From Phoronis australis (lineage: Eukaryota; Animalia; Phoronida): DNA of 64,000 bases. The translations under genes were made by a program, and so were the position numbers. Positions 39,501 to 54,500 of the stretch are shown here, piece by piece. The DNA lies in contig NMRA01000719.1 in assembly GCA_002633005.1 (NCBI GenBank), forward strand, positions 8,612 through 72,611, read 5' to 3'. The first letter of the stretch is position 1. Every line of letters starts with the position of its first letter. The notes below the pieces were generated by a model, which had not been told where the DNA came from, ran no database searches, and saw nothing but the letters and a program-made list of their open reading frames with translations.

Positions 39501-42500
39501 CCGTGCTCTCTTTGATCCTGGTACAAGCCGCTCAGAAGGACGAGCGGTGAAAATTCCCGCATATCTTTAGAAATGCGCGACTTCCTTGTAAGCGTATTAT
39601 TCACGGTATGGCGAAATGTCATGAAGACAAAGCAATAACTTGCATGTAATGGTAAAAATAGAAACAAATGCCTCAGTGGGGTGGACCTCTACTGCCAGTG
39701 GGATGGACCTCAACTGCTCCTAGGTCACACCTCAACTGCCACTGGGGCATTCCTCAACTGCCAGTGGGGTACACCTCAACTGCCAGTGAGGTGGACCTCA
39801 ACTGACAGCGGGGTGGACCTCAACTGCCAGCAGAGTGGACCTCAACTGCCAGTGGGGCACATCTCAACTGCCAGAGGGGCACACCTCAACTGCCAGTAGG
39901 GTGGACCTCAACAGTTAGTGGGATGGACCTCAACCGCCAGCACGATGGACCTCAACTGCCAATGAGGCAGACCACAACGGCCAGTGGAATGGATCTCAGT
40001 CAACTACAAAAGGAACTCATTGCAATTACTGGCTTATAATCCGTGTACCATTGACTTCCAAGATATGTAATCTTTCTTTTGTGCAGTCACAGGATTGACC
40101 AAAATGGTATTACAGTACCACATAATTCCAGAAGCACTTACGTATATGTTGACGTCCATCTTGCAATCGGCTTTGCACGGAGTCAGTTTGGGCGAGTCAG
40201 GCTTGACACACAGCACCCTAAAACGCACTGGAATAACAAAAAGAGAATGGCTTGGGGCTGCATGAATTAAATGTATTGACTAAGTAATTCTCAAATAAAG
40301 TCAACTGGAAAAATCTGAGCAGGCTTTTACAAAAATGCAGCTTAACCGCTCAGCAAGACGAATGATAGCTATTGCTAGAACATAAATAGATTATTAGGGG
40401 TGACCCCTAAGACCACCATGAAATAAACCCAAGAACTGAAAGCCAGAGATTTTTTATTTTTCCTTCCAATAGTAATTTTCTTGATGACCAGTGTACAATA
40501 TGACTGTGGTGCATAATATCCGAGATGGAAACTTAGAAAGTCATCCACAGGTCGAGGTTGAAAGTTGCCAACAGGACCTTTCAAATGAAATTCTAGACCC
40601 AACTAAGCACATTGTTGTGCCCACTCACCTGTCTGCTTAGGCTTATATATGGCCTTGTCAGTGATGATGAAAGATGCCTTAATTCGTGTCTTGATCTCAA
40701 GCACAGAATGACTGGAATAACTGATGTCTTTGCCTTGCAGAGAGAAGGTCATGTTGTAATCCTTCTTCTCTTCTGTTCCCACGGGAACCTGCCGAGCAAC
40801 AGTTAGTGTTACCGTACCAACATGTATGAGTTGAGGAAGGAAAAATATGCCCTCATAGTGAGGCATCTGCATTCAGGCTGATGTGAGTGGTGTGCCAAGA
40901 GCAAAGAAATCTGCAGACTACTAGTCCAGATACACATGTCCCACAGATCTCAATAATGGAGCAGGACATGGAAAGATCCAGAGTTAATTAATTGTGACTT
41001 GTTCATTATAAGGCCAAAAAGCATAGTTGGCTCTGGTGCCCAATTCTTTTTGAAATCGAGTCAGTGGTGCGAAATTTTAGTTGCTCATTTTTCCAAAAAA
41101 GAAAATCCATCTCAGATATGCAAATAGTATACACGTTCTATTCATTGTTTGACTAACCGTGGGGCAAATCATGGCATTTCAAAACTTACATTTACCCTTA
41201 CTTACGTGCCTTTGTGCAGGTTTTCCAAAAAAAGCACAAGACCGTGGATGAATTTGATGCAGGCGGGCGTTTTTTTTTTTCCTTTTTAGTTGGTGAGCAC
41301 AAGTCTCAAAATGAGGCCAGAACCTCAACTTCATTTTTACATTATCCTGCAGTTTCGTCCCATATCATTCAGTGAATTTTTGAAGGCTGTAATTCTGGTG
41401 CCGAGCGAAAACATGTCACGCATGACAATTCAACGAGACTTCTTTATAAAAGCGACAACATCCAATAAACACTAACCATACTATCTGCCAATTTAAGACA
41501 CAATTTGGAAGACAATAGACATTTTTTCTCATTTTTTCAAAAAGATGTAGCACAAAGGTAATGCTTTTCCATTTTCCAGCTTCATATTGCAGCTATTATT
41601 TTACAAATATTTTGAAGAAAAGTTATGGATTTTCAATACAGTGACGTAGGACCACTTTGAGAAATAAAACAATGGGCAACTTTGTTATATTTTTTGTCCA
41701 AAATTGATGAAATTTTATCTTTATCAAATTAACAGTCAACGGAGCCATGAATCTACATACAAAATACTACAGTAATTTTCCACTTACTTTGCACAAAAAC
41801 AATCGCCAAAATTGTCATTTCTCATTTTCCAAAGCCTGATTACTTTGCTAGAAATAGTTGAAACTTTACCAAATGTTATTTTACGAGTTATTGTCTTTGT
41901 CTTTTCGTGAGTATCACAAAATTGAATATCACTCGTCAGCCATAGTGTATGGAAAAATAAGTGGAGAAGTGCCATACTTTCAAGGACATCTGCATCATTT
42001 TTGACTTAGGTATCACTCACCATTAGAGAAAAGGTAGCTTGAGTGGTAGCTGGAAATAAAACACATAAACCAGTAAGAGTAGAAAGACATTAACTTGAAA
42101 TTATTATTTATCTATTTACATTCAAAGTGCTTATAACACTTTAAAGTAAACCAGGCGAAAAGGTAGATTCAGCGGTTCTGATCAACAGAGCCTACTTTCT
42201 AGCATTCACACACCCCTCCCCCCACAAAAACATTTTGTAACTTAACGAAGAGAATGCAAGGACACGCGATTTTGGGGATTTCTGTACCCGGAACAAAAAT
42301 CATGCTACATTTTGTTACATAAAATACCAGTAATTTAGTCAAATTTGAATTTAGACAACTTGGGTCGAGAAACTTTAATATCCACATAAAGAGCAAGCCT
42401 AAGTATTGGACGCATAAACAAAAATAACGGAGGTTTGCTTTTGAACAGAATACGATAACCAAAAAAAGTTTTTAACATATCAGGCTGAACTTTAGGAACA

Positions 42501-45500
42501 GAGGGCTGATTTTTTGGGGATTACATTGATCGCACTCGACTGTTTATGGGTCGAGGCTGCAAACTCAATAGCTAAATTTAACCATAGGCTTGTTGTTGGG
42601 GAGCTTCAAAAATGGGGTGCTGCTCACACCTGAGTGGGCTTATATCGGAAATTTTATGATAAGCATATGGGCTTGTATCACACATTTGATGAAAATCTTT
42701 AGCCTGAAGATTTGGTAAGTCTTATGTCACTTTTCGTGAAAGAGGCCTCTGGAATGTGATGCAAAGAGGTTGGGCTTATATCTGAGTAGGTAAGATGTCT
42801 CATGAGCAAGCCCATAAATAACATTTAATCTTCGTGAGAAATAACGCCAGATTTATCATGGTAAATGGTCCAAATCAAAAGTTAAATTTTTGACCGCAAA
42901 GAAAGATTTATTTAAGCTTTAACTGATTTATTCGATTCTGCAAACTCCAACTGTCACTCATTCACATCCACAAATATTTGAAATTCCATTGGGAAACTGT
43001 AACTTAATATTTATTACAGTCACACTTGAACAACACCAGGGGGCCAGTTCATGAAAGTTACTTCAAGACAGAAATTAGGTCTTCGGCTCCCACTACACAG
43101 TTGGCTTGTCTTAATAACCAGATACTAATGAGCACATCTCACTCCAGAAATAATTTACAGAAATTATCTCAGTAATTAGCAGTACGTGCACATTCTCACA
43201 GAGACTTTGCAGTTTGTTCAATGGATATTTAATTATTTTTCAGTAATAGTTGTGCGGAGGGCGAGACCAAATTTCTGTCTCAAGTCTTCTAAGGCCTTTT
43301 CATGAAACAGACAGGAGGGCCTGAGACCAGTGACTAAGCACAACACTTGAAGATTGAAAGTTTATTATGTAAATGAACAGTCAGTTTTCAACTCAAGTCT
43401 CACATACAGTTTGATGGTACAGCCCCCTGTAACTAAAGTAAAATTTAAATTCAAATGGCTTCACAGAAAGTTCCTTGATTAAAGGGTAGAAATCAGTTAT
43501 TTCTAACTCGGGAAAGCAATGTATGGTTACCATGGCAACAAAATATTAAACAGCAACAAGTTCAAAACATACTTGCGTCTAGCCTCATAGATCTCGACAC
43601 AACTGTTGTTTTCGTGTTGGAAAGTATAGTAACCACAGCTGTTGTTTCTGTCCCCAATTGTCCCATGAGGCGCAGTTGGGCGTTACATGCGATGCCAACG
43701 CGGCAAACTTTAGGCGATGTCAATACATACGTTCTGGAAGTGGACCACGATAAAAGAATTAGATATTTTTAGATGTGCTTCAGCGAGGATAAAATGTGCA
43801 ACTTACACATGGTAAGACGAGGCAGGGCTTATTCCCAGCATGATCCTCAAGGGTCAAGTTAAAACGGCAGTTAATATAAAACTAGTGATAATAAGGTGAC
43901 AAGTAAAATCTTCCTGCCGAGAATAAAAGGGGGCCAAGTCAAGGAAAGTAGAAATGGCCAGCTGGTTTCCTTTTGAAGCCCTTATGGCCACCAATCTCGG
44001 CAATTAAAAGTCTGATATAACGTGCCCGTATTTTGAGAACCAGTTTGATGCCCATTATTCAGTGGAACAAACTGGTTCTCAAAATTCGGGCATGTTATAT
44101 CTGACCCCAGTCCCTTCTAAAACATCAGAGAGGGCGTACCATTCAATCACACCAGAAACACAAAAATTAGGTATCAAATAAAACTGTTGTATGCAAGAAA
44201 ATAAGAAAATCTGGTTTCGCACTGCACATGTCCATATCTCATGGCAACACTCAACGGGGGGGCGGGGAGGGGAGGAATTCTGGGAGGAATAAAATCATTT
44301 TAGTCTCAGTTTTCTCACGCAAATTGGATGTTTGAAGTTAACTATTTTGGAACATAACACTTGACACACATCGGGCTATAGTTTAAGTATTTTGCAAACA
44401 TCTCCAAGCTTGGATTTATGAAAGCAAAACAAAGAAGTAAAACTCTCTCTGCCTGTTGCATGTACAGATGTGTCAATGGCTTGGCTCCAGCATATCACAG
44501 CCGCAACCAAGACCGGCAAAGAGATATTTTTTTTATGCTGCTGCTGCGATATGGAACTCTCTTAGAACAGAAATTAAACGGTCCGAATCAATTAATATTT
44601 TCAAATTTAATATTAAAAAGTGGCTGTAATTTACTTACCCATTCTTACACCTTACCTGTCTTAATTATGTCATTTTTCATTACTGTAAATACTCTCATTA
44701 TTTAGTATCATCTCTTTATTTATTTCATCTCAGTCTCTTAGACAAATTTTCGTCATCCTTCGTCATTTATTTATTATCTAAATTCTCAATCTATTATAAT
44801 TGTTACTTTGTTAGATGTATTTAATTATTGTTTCACTACTTTATTGTATTATATTACTGTTTTATATTTTGTTGTTCAGGGCCCTCTTGGAAAGCAGTGC
44901 TGTCATTGAAGAGGCCACCCTCATTTTAAATATTACAATAAGTAAAATCTGAGAGGACTGAGACGGAATTATGAAAGGAGCACTTCTTGAAGGAACTGCT
45001 TGGCACCACGCCAATTTTTGGACTGTAAGATAGTGGAATTGTAACTTGACGGGTTTAAAATAAAAATCTATCGAATTGAATTCAAGCCTGTTTAGATGAT
45101 TCAGTACTTTTAAAACGATCGTTCCGAAGGTGGCGGGGTTCCTGAAGTTTGCAAACATGGGAAGAATATAAAGTGACAAAGATTTCAAGTATTATATTTT
45201 GAAGTAAATACATCACCCGGGAAAATAATTTGTTACTTGTTGTTATAATTCACATTGCCAAACCACTGTCTCGGAGGCCGTCGATGCACTTGTTGTTATC
45301 GTCAATCTTTGTCGCTAATAACTCGTATAGTTCGTACGGCTAATTTTGTCTCAATTAGTACACGAAGCTCTCATTAAGGGAAAAATAGTTCGTACACTAG
45401 TGTACACGCTAATAGAGAAAACACCAAATATGTCTAAATGCGAAACTGGGGCAAGACCAAAGGGATCATCTCTATTTCGCTTGCGCAAAAAACGCTTATA

Positions 45501-48500
45501 TCTTGTGCCTTGTATTTTAACTTTAACCCTAACCATCATTTATTTTGTCAGAAAATTCTCAGAATCCTACACACAGTGATTAACATGATTGTGCGTCACG
45601 TAGTGCCAAGATTGTAAACTTCGCCTGACTTTTGGCGCTTCTATGTATCTTTGTAATAGCATACGTCAACCCTTCTGTAATTCTGGTGAAAACTAGAGGT
45701 ATTTTTTGAAAGATCGAAAGGTCTCATGTATACATCTTTCTATCCGCCATTCAAAGAAGTCTGCCATTCAGTGATTACCCGGTCAGTCTCCACTGAGGTG
45801 TTGAGAACGTCAGTAATGCTAGGACCTCGCTAAAAAGCAAGTATTTGCGAGATTACGCGAGATATTGCCGTGTATTTCAAATGAGAACATGACAATTCGC
45901 TAGATTTTTCTAGTCACAAGACAGCTACTGAACTCTGCCCAGGTATCACAATGGTGTGCAGCACTTAGCAAAATGGGGGATAACTCTACTGCAGAGGGTG
46001 AATGACATAGTCTATATATTTGGCATGTCAGTCGTCATTGAAAATCAAAGCATTCACATAACAATTACATGCTGGGTGAATTAAGCTAAAACTTGACAGC
46101 TTCAATGTGAATGGTCATGTATGTCTTTTTAATGACCCGAATAACCAGTGTTGATTTACATGCAAAACAACAACTAGCCACATGATAAACAAGAAAGTCT
46201 TGGGAAATCCCTGAGATGGCAGAATACACTTTCAACAATCACTCTCAACTGAAAATAACGAAAAATCCAATCTGGCTTATTGCAGTTAACCGAAAACTAA
46301 TCAATGTCATTTGCAGCAAACATTATCGATTGCGGAGTCAGGTGTTCCTTGAAACTACAATTATGTATGTCATATAGTATGAGACTGACACCGTCACCGA
46401 CTAATGAGTCCAAAATTAGAGATCCTCTCGAGAAAAAGGAACTCTACACATAATGAGACTTAATTCACATTTCCAATAAACTCGTTCCATGACCAAACGA
46501 AGTTGCTGAACAGAAAAGCCTTTGGCAGAGACCAGTATTCATCTAGGGACACTAGACTGTCATTCCTCCGATTAATAACTAGTACATTAGTTGCCAGGGC
46601 AACTGGGATGTGACACAATAGTGAAACACAAGCAGACAATTCATTGTGGAAAACCTTTGAAAAATCGTACACTGCCTATTTCCGCGATTACTGTTATGCA
46701 GAATTTCCAACTGAAGGTTAAAGTACTTTTAGTATCGGGATTTTCCGTATATAAGTCCACCCGATGAAACGCCCATGGGCGTTTATTCAGAAAATTATGC
46801 CCACTAAACACCCATGGCCGTTTTTGGTGTTACAACTTCTGGTGTCAAGTGTGCAGATAGTGGGGGTTTATTTGTAAAATTTCCTCATAAAAGCCCAGTC
46901 ATTGTCAAGCTTTTGTCACAAATTCAGTTTTGTAGAGCATTTATCATTTACAAAACCGAACAAGGTACTGTGCATTTATTAACGTAAAATTTAAAAACAG
47001 TTTAAGTAAAAAATGTCAATGTCAGCAAAACTATGACCTCCCGTTTACATGATGCCCTTTTCCGAATAAACACCTGCGAGTTTATTTGGTGCAACTAAAA
47101 CACCTGAAAATTTTCATTTTCCAAATACACGCCCATAGACCTAATTCACGCCGACAGGAGGCGTATTCCAAAACGAGGCTCGCTATGATAGCTCAGTTGG
47201 CTTATCGGCATAGTGTATTCCGCATTGCTTGAACGGCTGAAAAAATACGAACTCTCAACTGTCTGTTTAACAATCCCTAAGGAGGTTGAGATTCGGAAGC
47301 GTTGGGCCGTTGCCATATGCCGCCACGATGAAAAATATGGCCGTATAAAATTTATGAATGTTTTTGAAAAGTTAGATCATATTTTGATTGTCGCATCTCG
47401 GTTGTCAAGCATCATAGCAATTACAACCGTAGAAACTTCGGTCACAGCCAGGCTGTGTTTTCATGACTACGAGTTGAAACATGATGCATTTTGTTTCCAA
47501 AAAGGACAGGGCCTCCAATCCCTCGATTTTGGGGCCAAGTATCGGCCCTATTCCCCTCTCAAAAATATTTGAAAAATCACGCGAAATTCGGAAATTCCCC
47601 CCACGAGCCCTAAAAATTCCCCTAGTGATTGAAAATTTCTCTCTGGAGTTCAAATCACCTGTAACCACACAGGTGACAATTTGAGCTTGCAACAGGCCAT
47701 GCTATTGATGGTGATAGGGAGGTAGATTTTTTCCATCACTTGGTGAAAAAATTCCCCTCTCAGAAGGCACAGACGCCTTTCCCCTCGGATGAGCGAGGCC
47801 CATGAAGAAACATGATAACTATGCTTGCTCTGTCCAGTTAACTGAAACTGAGATCTAAAACAAGGTTATGCTTTGGACGAACGAATTTGGTGTTTTAATT
47901 TTGAAATTCAACTTGGTCCAGAAGATATTTGAAACCTAAGTTAACACATGAAATATCACAGAATTATTAAAACCAAGAAAGCAGAATTGATTGTCAAATA
48001 ATTTTTATTTTCAATTACGAGCCTGGTTTTTTATTTTAATAAAAAATATATTTAATAACATCAATTATTCTTTCAGATCAATGACAAATCAACTGTTAGT
48101 CCCGGTAGTCCCTACATCACCAGGACCTAGGTTATAAGTTTGATGTTAATATTCTTTATCAACAAATTCAACCAGATGAGACTAATTGCACATGACACCA
48201 AAATGCAATGAGACACCACTGTCGAATATATTTTCAACTCATCAACAATACAAGCAGATGACCTGGTTCATGTAGAAAGCATTTTTATCAACAATTCACA
48301 ACAAGAAACGTAACCCTGCATTCAGCATAATACCTAATCTGTAACACTACGATCGCAGCAGTTTGGTCATATTTACTTTTCATGTTTTGAACCTAGTTTT
48401 CCAAAAAAATTTATACCTATTCGTCTGACAACTCTTTGGTGCATTGACTTGTTCTCTAATGACAATGTATTTTTCTACGTCTCCATCTGTGGTTAATTAT

Positions 48501-51500
48501 CGACACATTTTAAAGACTTAATGTCAAGCTTGGACTCGAAAGACCGGCCATTTAACTCACGCAATGTCATCTTCCGCTTTGTTTATCGCAGTGAGCCTCG
48601 CTTTGGATTTTAATTCCACCGCGTGAATTAGGTCTATGGACTTATCTACGGAAAATCACGGAAATGAGTATTAGGCCTCCATAGACTTTGCCATTATGGT
48701 TTTCTCTAGGTCCTGAACATTTTTCTGAAGTGTCAAAATCTGTCACGACATTTTGAAAATCAGCCGGGCAAACATGAGGGTCAAAGGAAGCGAATTCTCA
48801 CTAGACAGTATTCCCATAAATCGGACAAATGCCTGAACTAAAGAGAAATCAATCAGACATTCAGAAAACAAATCAGACCCAGCACAACGGCCGACACTTG
48901 ACAAAATCGTTCCTCACAACCACGAGGATGGTGATGGCTTCGCCAAAATTAAAGTCACAGGCAATGTGCACTTAGATGCACAATTTTAGAGTTGGCCAAA
49001 CCCAATAAACCCTGAAATGTTTTCTTGGGTTGGCAACGATTTCGATGTTCTTGTTAGTAACAGAAATATACTCACAGTAAGGGATATTATGGTTTCATGA
49101 GAGCAAAAGTCCCAATGCGATTTTAGTTTTTTTAGCTAACTAAGCAGGGTGAACTGCAGGTTTAGGTTACAAATCTCTTTGTACCGCTAATCTCTAGTCA
49201 GAAAATTTTGCTTTAGGCCAGAATCTGTATGAGAACCTCAACCCAAACATAATAAGTGCCGTTCCTCCGAGTGAAAATTACCTGAAATATTCCCAGTTGT
49301 TTTCAGGCAAATTTTTAAAGTTTAGTTGGAAGATTGCGCATTGAGGCACAGATTTCCTGGGATTCTGAGTTCCTCCAAATTTCGCAAAATTAATTCCAGG
49401 GAAAATTGTCGATAGGGGCAAGAGAAAATTTGCATGGTACACAACAGAAAATAAAAATTACCAGTGACATTTCTCACTTTCTGAAATACATGGAAATGCT
49501 TGACAAGCTACAAACGCACCAACTGATACAGCTTACTGGGTATGAGCAATTCATGAAAGCTGTGAAATATGTTAAAAACACATTTCACAGCTTGCGTTCA
49601 TACCGATAAGGGCAATCAGTCTAGTTAATCAACAAAACAAAATGATAGACCAGATAGCACTTGACAAGATCTATTCCCATACTACCAAATTTCAGACAGT
49701 TTTGTCATGGGACACTGGATATAAGGTACAAACAAAAACTAAACAAAATCAGGCCACTAAATATCAGCACAGCACATGTTGCGTGTGAATTTCATGAAGA
49801 TAGGAAAAGAAAGGCAACATGTAGCAAGCAAACTGTGAAGCTCATCACTTTAAATATTTGCAGAAATAACTTCAGATTTGAGAATATTGATTACTTAGCA
49901 TGAACAAATACAGAGAAGATTTCAAAGTGGAATATCAGATAGTTTTACGGCTCAAAAGCAAATAATTATGGTAAAATTTTGCCAATTTAGGGTAGACGTT
50001 GAGCATAGTATTTTCTCACTTTCTTCATCAATCATGCATAGAAAGTACAATAGCTGCCAATAGACATTAGTAAAAAATTGTGATCATTCAAACATCTAAT
50101 ATCGGCAGTTAATCAAGAAAACCGTTTGTCAAATAGAAAAAGCACATTGCATTGGCAAGAATATGCGCGGTTGAGGACAGTAGGCCTCAGCTCATCATTA
50201 TTTTACTCAATTTTATCTTATTTATTCATCTAATTGTACATATTAACTAATTTTTATAACTAATTTATTTTATTCATTAATCTTTTCAATCTACTTGTAC
50301 ATAGCCCTCTGTATTTTACTTCATGTAATTATTTCTGACTGGGCTCACTTGAAAATCAGTGTCTTCACTGAGGTCCCCCAGTCCGGTGAGGACATGACCC
50401 AGAGCAAAGGACATGCATCTGTGCCTTTGTGTGGAACTTAGGCGTACGTGCATTGATGAAAAATACTCGACGAGAGTGCTCAGCACAGCATATTTGTCAC
50501 TGGTATACCCAGATTTGGGCTTTTAAGAAGTGGCACCCGTATAAGTGGCACTATTTTCTTCTTGTATTTTTCCATTTTTCCATTCCAATTTTTGATTGTT
50601 TCACTTGCAATTCACAGTCCACAGGAGTGCTGGTCACCGGGACATCGTAATCTTAGTGTCTTCTGCAGCGCATTTAACGATGGCTGAGTTGTTGAAATTG
50701 ACACTTAAAAGTCTAAAGTCTCTCATACTATGCAACAAATAATTTAATTCTTCAAAAGAACCATTCTTTTCTAGCAGTTTTCAATGCCAAATGGGTCACA
50801 TCTGAAGCCGAAGTCACAGGTGACATTTTGTGGCTGTCGGACCTCGTTTTTCCATATCTAGGGCACATAATCTGAGTGCCAAAGAGCAAATTCGAATTGC
50901 CCAATGATGTAATTCCTAGCTTCTGGAATACATATGTCGGTTCTAGAAAGCCAATTTAACTTTTGCATCAGCAACTAGCTTTACCGTAACTGGAAATTCT
51001 GTGAACTTCAAGTATTTGTAATTCAATTTCAAAGGTCACGGGTGACAAGGGGACTCTCAGGCTCAGCCCACACCTCGATTTTCAAGCTCCCCAAGGTTTG
51101 ATCACCGTTCATCCGCATGTTTAAATGATAATTACTAAGAAGACGCGTGATTTCTCAAAACGAGCTTTGGAGACGCTGGACACAGCAAACAGACGACTAA
51201 ACGAAAACAAAAAACTAACGTCCGATACCCGTACTAGTGATACAACTTTCTACTTGTATTTTACTTTTTCCACTCGCAGTTTCGGGCGTTTACTCGCTTA
51301 TGTTGAGCCCTGCTTGACTAAAAAATTCTTCAAAAAATGGCACGAATGTGAACTGAAGGCTTATATCAGTGTACACAGTGGAGCATCAACAGCCGAGCGC
51401 ATTGGCACACCGCTTATCCTAATGTGAACTCGCAAAAGTACCAGGTCGCAAAATGGGAAATGAGAGGTTGCCAAAACGAGGAAACATCGTATGACAGGGG

Positions 51501-54500
51501 CTCATCTAGCCACCATCATTAGGACGGTTACTTTTAAAAAATGGCAGCTAGGATGACACAGGCAAGAAAGAAAAAAGATATCCTGTTTCAAGACAACCCA
51601 GGTAAAAACGATGGCTAAACAACAAATTTTCAAATTTCTGATTGACAAATTCTATCAAAACCTACAATTCGTTGTAGTGCAATATTAGTATTCAGACATA
51701 TATCGACACCACAGTTTATTATTTTTACCATAAATGTCACAGTGAAATTGGCATACGCTGGCAGTCACATTTTTCGGGGGAAACACCTCCCTGTCCTGTG
51801 GTGTCGGGGTGACCTCATCTTCGCATATGCTGAGTGTCAATCTCCCAAATTTGGACCACACTTTTCAAACCTAAGACCAGTCTCTGCGAAAGCCCAACCC
51901 CTTCCAAATGATGTTGGCAAAAAACGAAAATGAAATAAACCAAATACCTGAAGTGGAAAACTGGCAAACTCAGCAAAATTTATGTCTGCCGGTTCATCCA
52001 AACAGAAAATTACGAGTGCAGTGACGACTAATTTCCCCCTCTTGGATCACATATCCTGCACAGGCTCACCTGACTAAGGCAGAATATGCAGACGATCAGC
52101 ACATGTTAACAACACAAGCCTCAAACAATAGATCCCTTCCGATTTTGCCGAACAATTCCGACTTGGGGCTTGTTGCTCCATGTACTATTTTGAGTGTGAC
52201 ATCATGGCGACCTAGGATTCTTACCAGGTCACAAACTGAGCTCTGAATTGCAAGCTTTAACTCTTTCAATGCCAGTTTTTTATACCTCCATTTCCTACTG
52301 TCACATAAATTCCTATAACATAGGGTGCAATCACTAACAACACTCTCAAATTAATTGTTAACAGTTGGAATGTTCAGGGCAAAATGCATACACATTGTTT
52401 TATGATATTCTAAGCTATGGCAGAAGTAGTTGGATATAACAAGCCCGCATTTTGAGAACCCGAGTTTCTCCACTGAATAACGACCAACAAAGTGGTGCTC
52501 AAAATGCAGGACCCCTGGTGAGAGGTGTCTCAGAGGGCAATAGTCAGACATAACGCGCCGCATTTTGAGAACCAGTTTTCTCTACTGAAAAATGGCCATC
52601 AAACTGTCTGGTTCTCAATGTGTAGGCAGGTTACATCTGACTACCACCACGACACCATATGTTGAAGCTGGAGGTAGAGTATACAAGATTTCAGGTGAGA
52701 GAACACTATCAACAAGAGTCATATCCTGCTGGGCCCCAAGACACAACTGGTGGCATATTTGACATTTTCCGGGCAACTTGCGTGTGCACTCAACATAAGT
52801 GTTTACCATTCTGTGCTTGAGTACATTATGGTTCATGAAAATGAGTTGGAAGTCCAAGTTTGCATTTGATGACCATTAGATTCGAGCAAAACTTGATTAA
52901 AAACTGAAGACTTTGATTAAAAACTTGAAATTTCGAGTTTAGATTCGAACTTTTACGGTAAAGTCGTGCTATTTTCGGACAGCCCGTCATTTGGGAACAA
53001 GAATAAATACTTTCAAAATGAATTGTCCGTAAGTCCACGAAATTCGCACAAGGTCCAAAAAAACTGACCCTCAAATTTCGGACAATGTCAGCAACATCAT
53101 ATTTCTGTCCGCAAATTTCGGACAAGGAAAATGTTAGAAAGGCCAATTTCGGATTGACGCAACTTTCATGCCGATAAAGTGTTCAGTGGACGATTACTAC
53201 CGTAAACGTTCGGGTAAATACCTTGGGAGGTTTAGTTGGCAAACCCAAAAAATTGGGGGTGGGCAGTTAACCAGACATGGGCGCTTAAACATGAAATTTC
53301 AAGAAATCCAGGGTGGGCGGTTAACCGAACATGGGCGCTTATTACGACAGACAACCGCCCAGGGCGGTTAATCTTACCTCGTGATTTAAGTCCCCACAAG
53401 ACACACGTACTCGGAACGCATGGCACTTTTCTAAGAGCTTTATCGTCACGTCGCCAAATAATACTAAAAACTTCATAACAGCGGATGATCCCAACAAAGG
53501 TTCTATTGCCTTCAGATTAGTCATTCATAATTAAATTTACAAAATTCCTGAGTAATAGACCCGTGCCATCCTGCGGTCTTGTTAGTTTGTAGTGCGCAGA
53601 CGACCAGTGACCACGCAGCGCTCCACTTGGATAGCAAGCGGTAATACCGCAAAAGTGCGCGCATGCAAGCATCACGTGTTGCAGAGGTCACAGCTGACAC
53701 CAAGGTTACAGACCTGTGGTGGCTGTCAGTCAGAGAGCAGTTTTAAAATTAGTTGAAATAAAGTTTGAAAAACTATTATTCAGGTGTGTTTTGTGCTTGG
53801 GATGTTTGTAATCAACACTCCGTGACTCAATCACATTTTCACTTCCCGTTGCATGAAACAGGCTCAGCAAAGAAGTAAGACAAGAATCGGGGGGGNNNNN
53901 NNNNNNNGAGCCAGTCGTCAATCAAGAAGAAAACGACACAACGTTTCACGTTTCAATTCATTCTTAAACGACCACCTTACCCAACTTCGTGGTGGAAAAC
54001 ACATTTAATTTATATGCAAGATGTCCAGGTTATGTTCTATTACAATATCACCTACACTATCGCGCTGTGGCACTGGTTGGTCCCGCTGTTCGCGCGCAAT
54101 GTCCCGGCAGGCAATCTTGACTTGGAAAGGTTGTCAAGTAATATAATGGCTTCTTTCCATATGCATCTCGTTTTTAATGGCCAAAGATAGTGGCGGGATT
54201 CAGCACGCGCGTAGGGCCTCAATATGAGTAACCTGTCAATCACATGTTGGTATCAAGGTAACATGCACTCAGTGTGGGAACTTACGCGCATGCACCATGA
54301 CTACAAAGTCACACATCAAAAGAGAGCAGCGACAGTCCTACGGTAAAAGAAACCGGTGTGACGCTGTGCTTTTAAGCTGTTGTTAGGAAAGACCCAGTGC
54401 TTTATGATATTCCTCTGTTCTAATGTCCCCCAAAACTGCAATGTCAAGTCTACTTCGATATTTTCCGGCTCGATATTCCCTAGGCCCTAGTATGCCATGC

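Noticed and set aside
39675-39995. CRISPR-like periodic array (also 11785-11921)
   Set aside because: Head-to-tail units with no unique spacers, no cas genes and a eukaryotic context; these are minisatellites.
46202-46211. NF-kB-like site GGGAAATCCC in TEP intron 1 (another near 47590)
   Set aside because: Short degenerate motifs are expected by chance in 64 kb, and the second lies inside a MITE.
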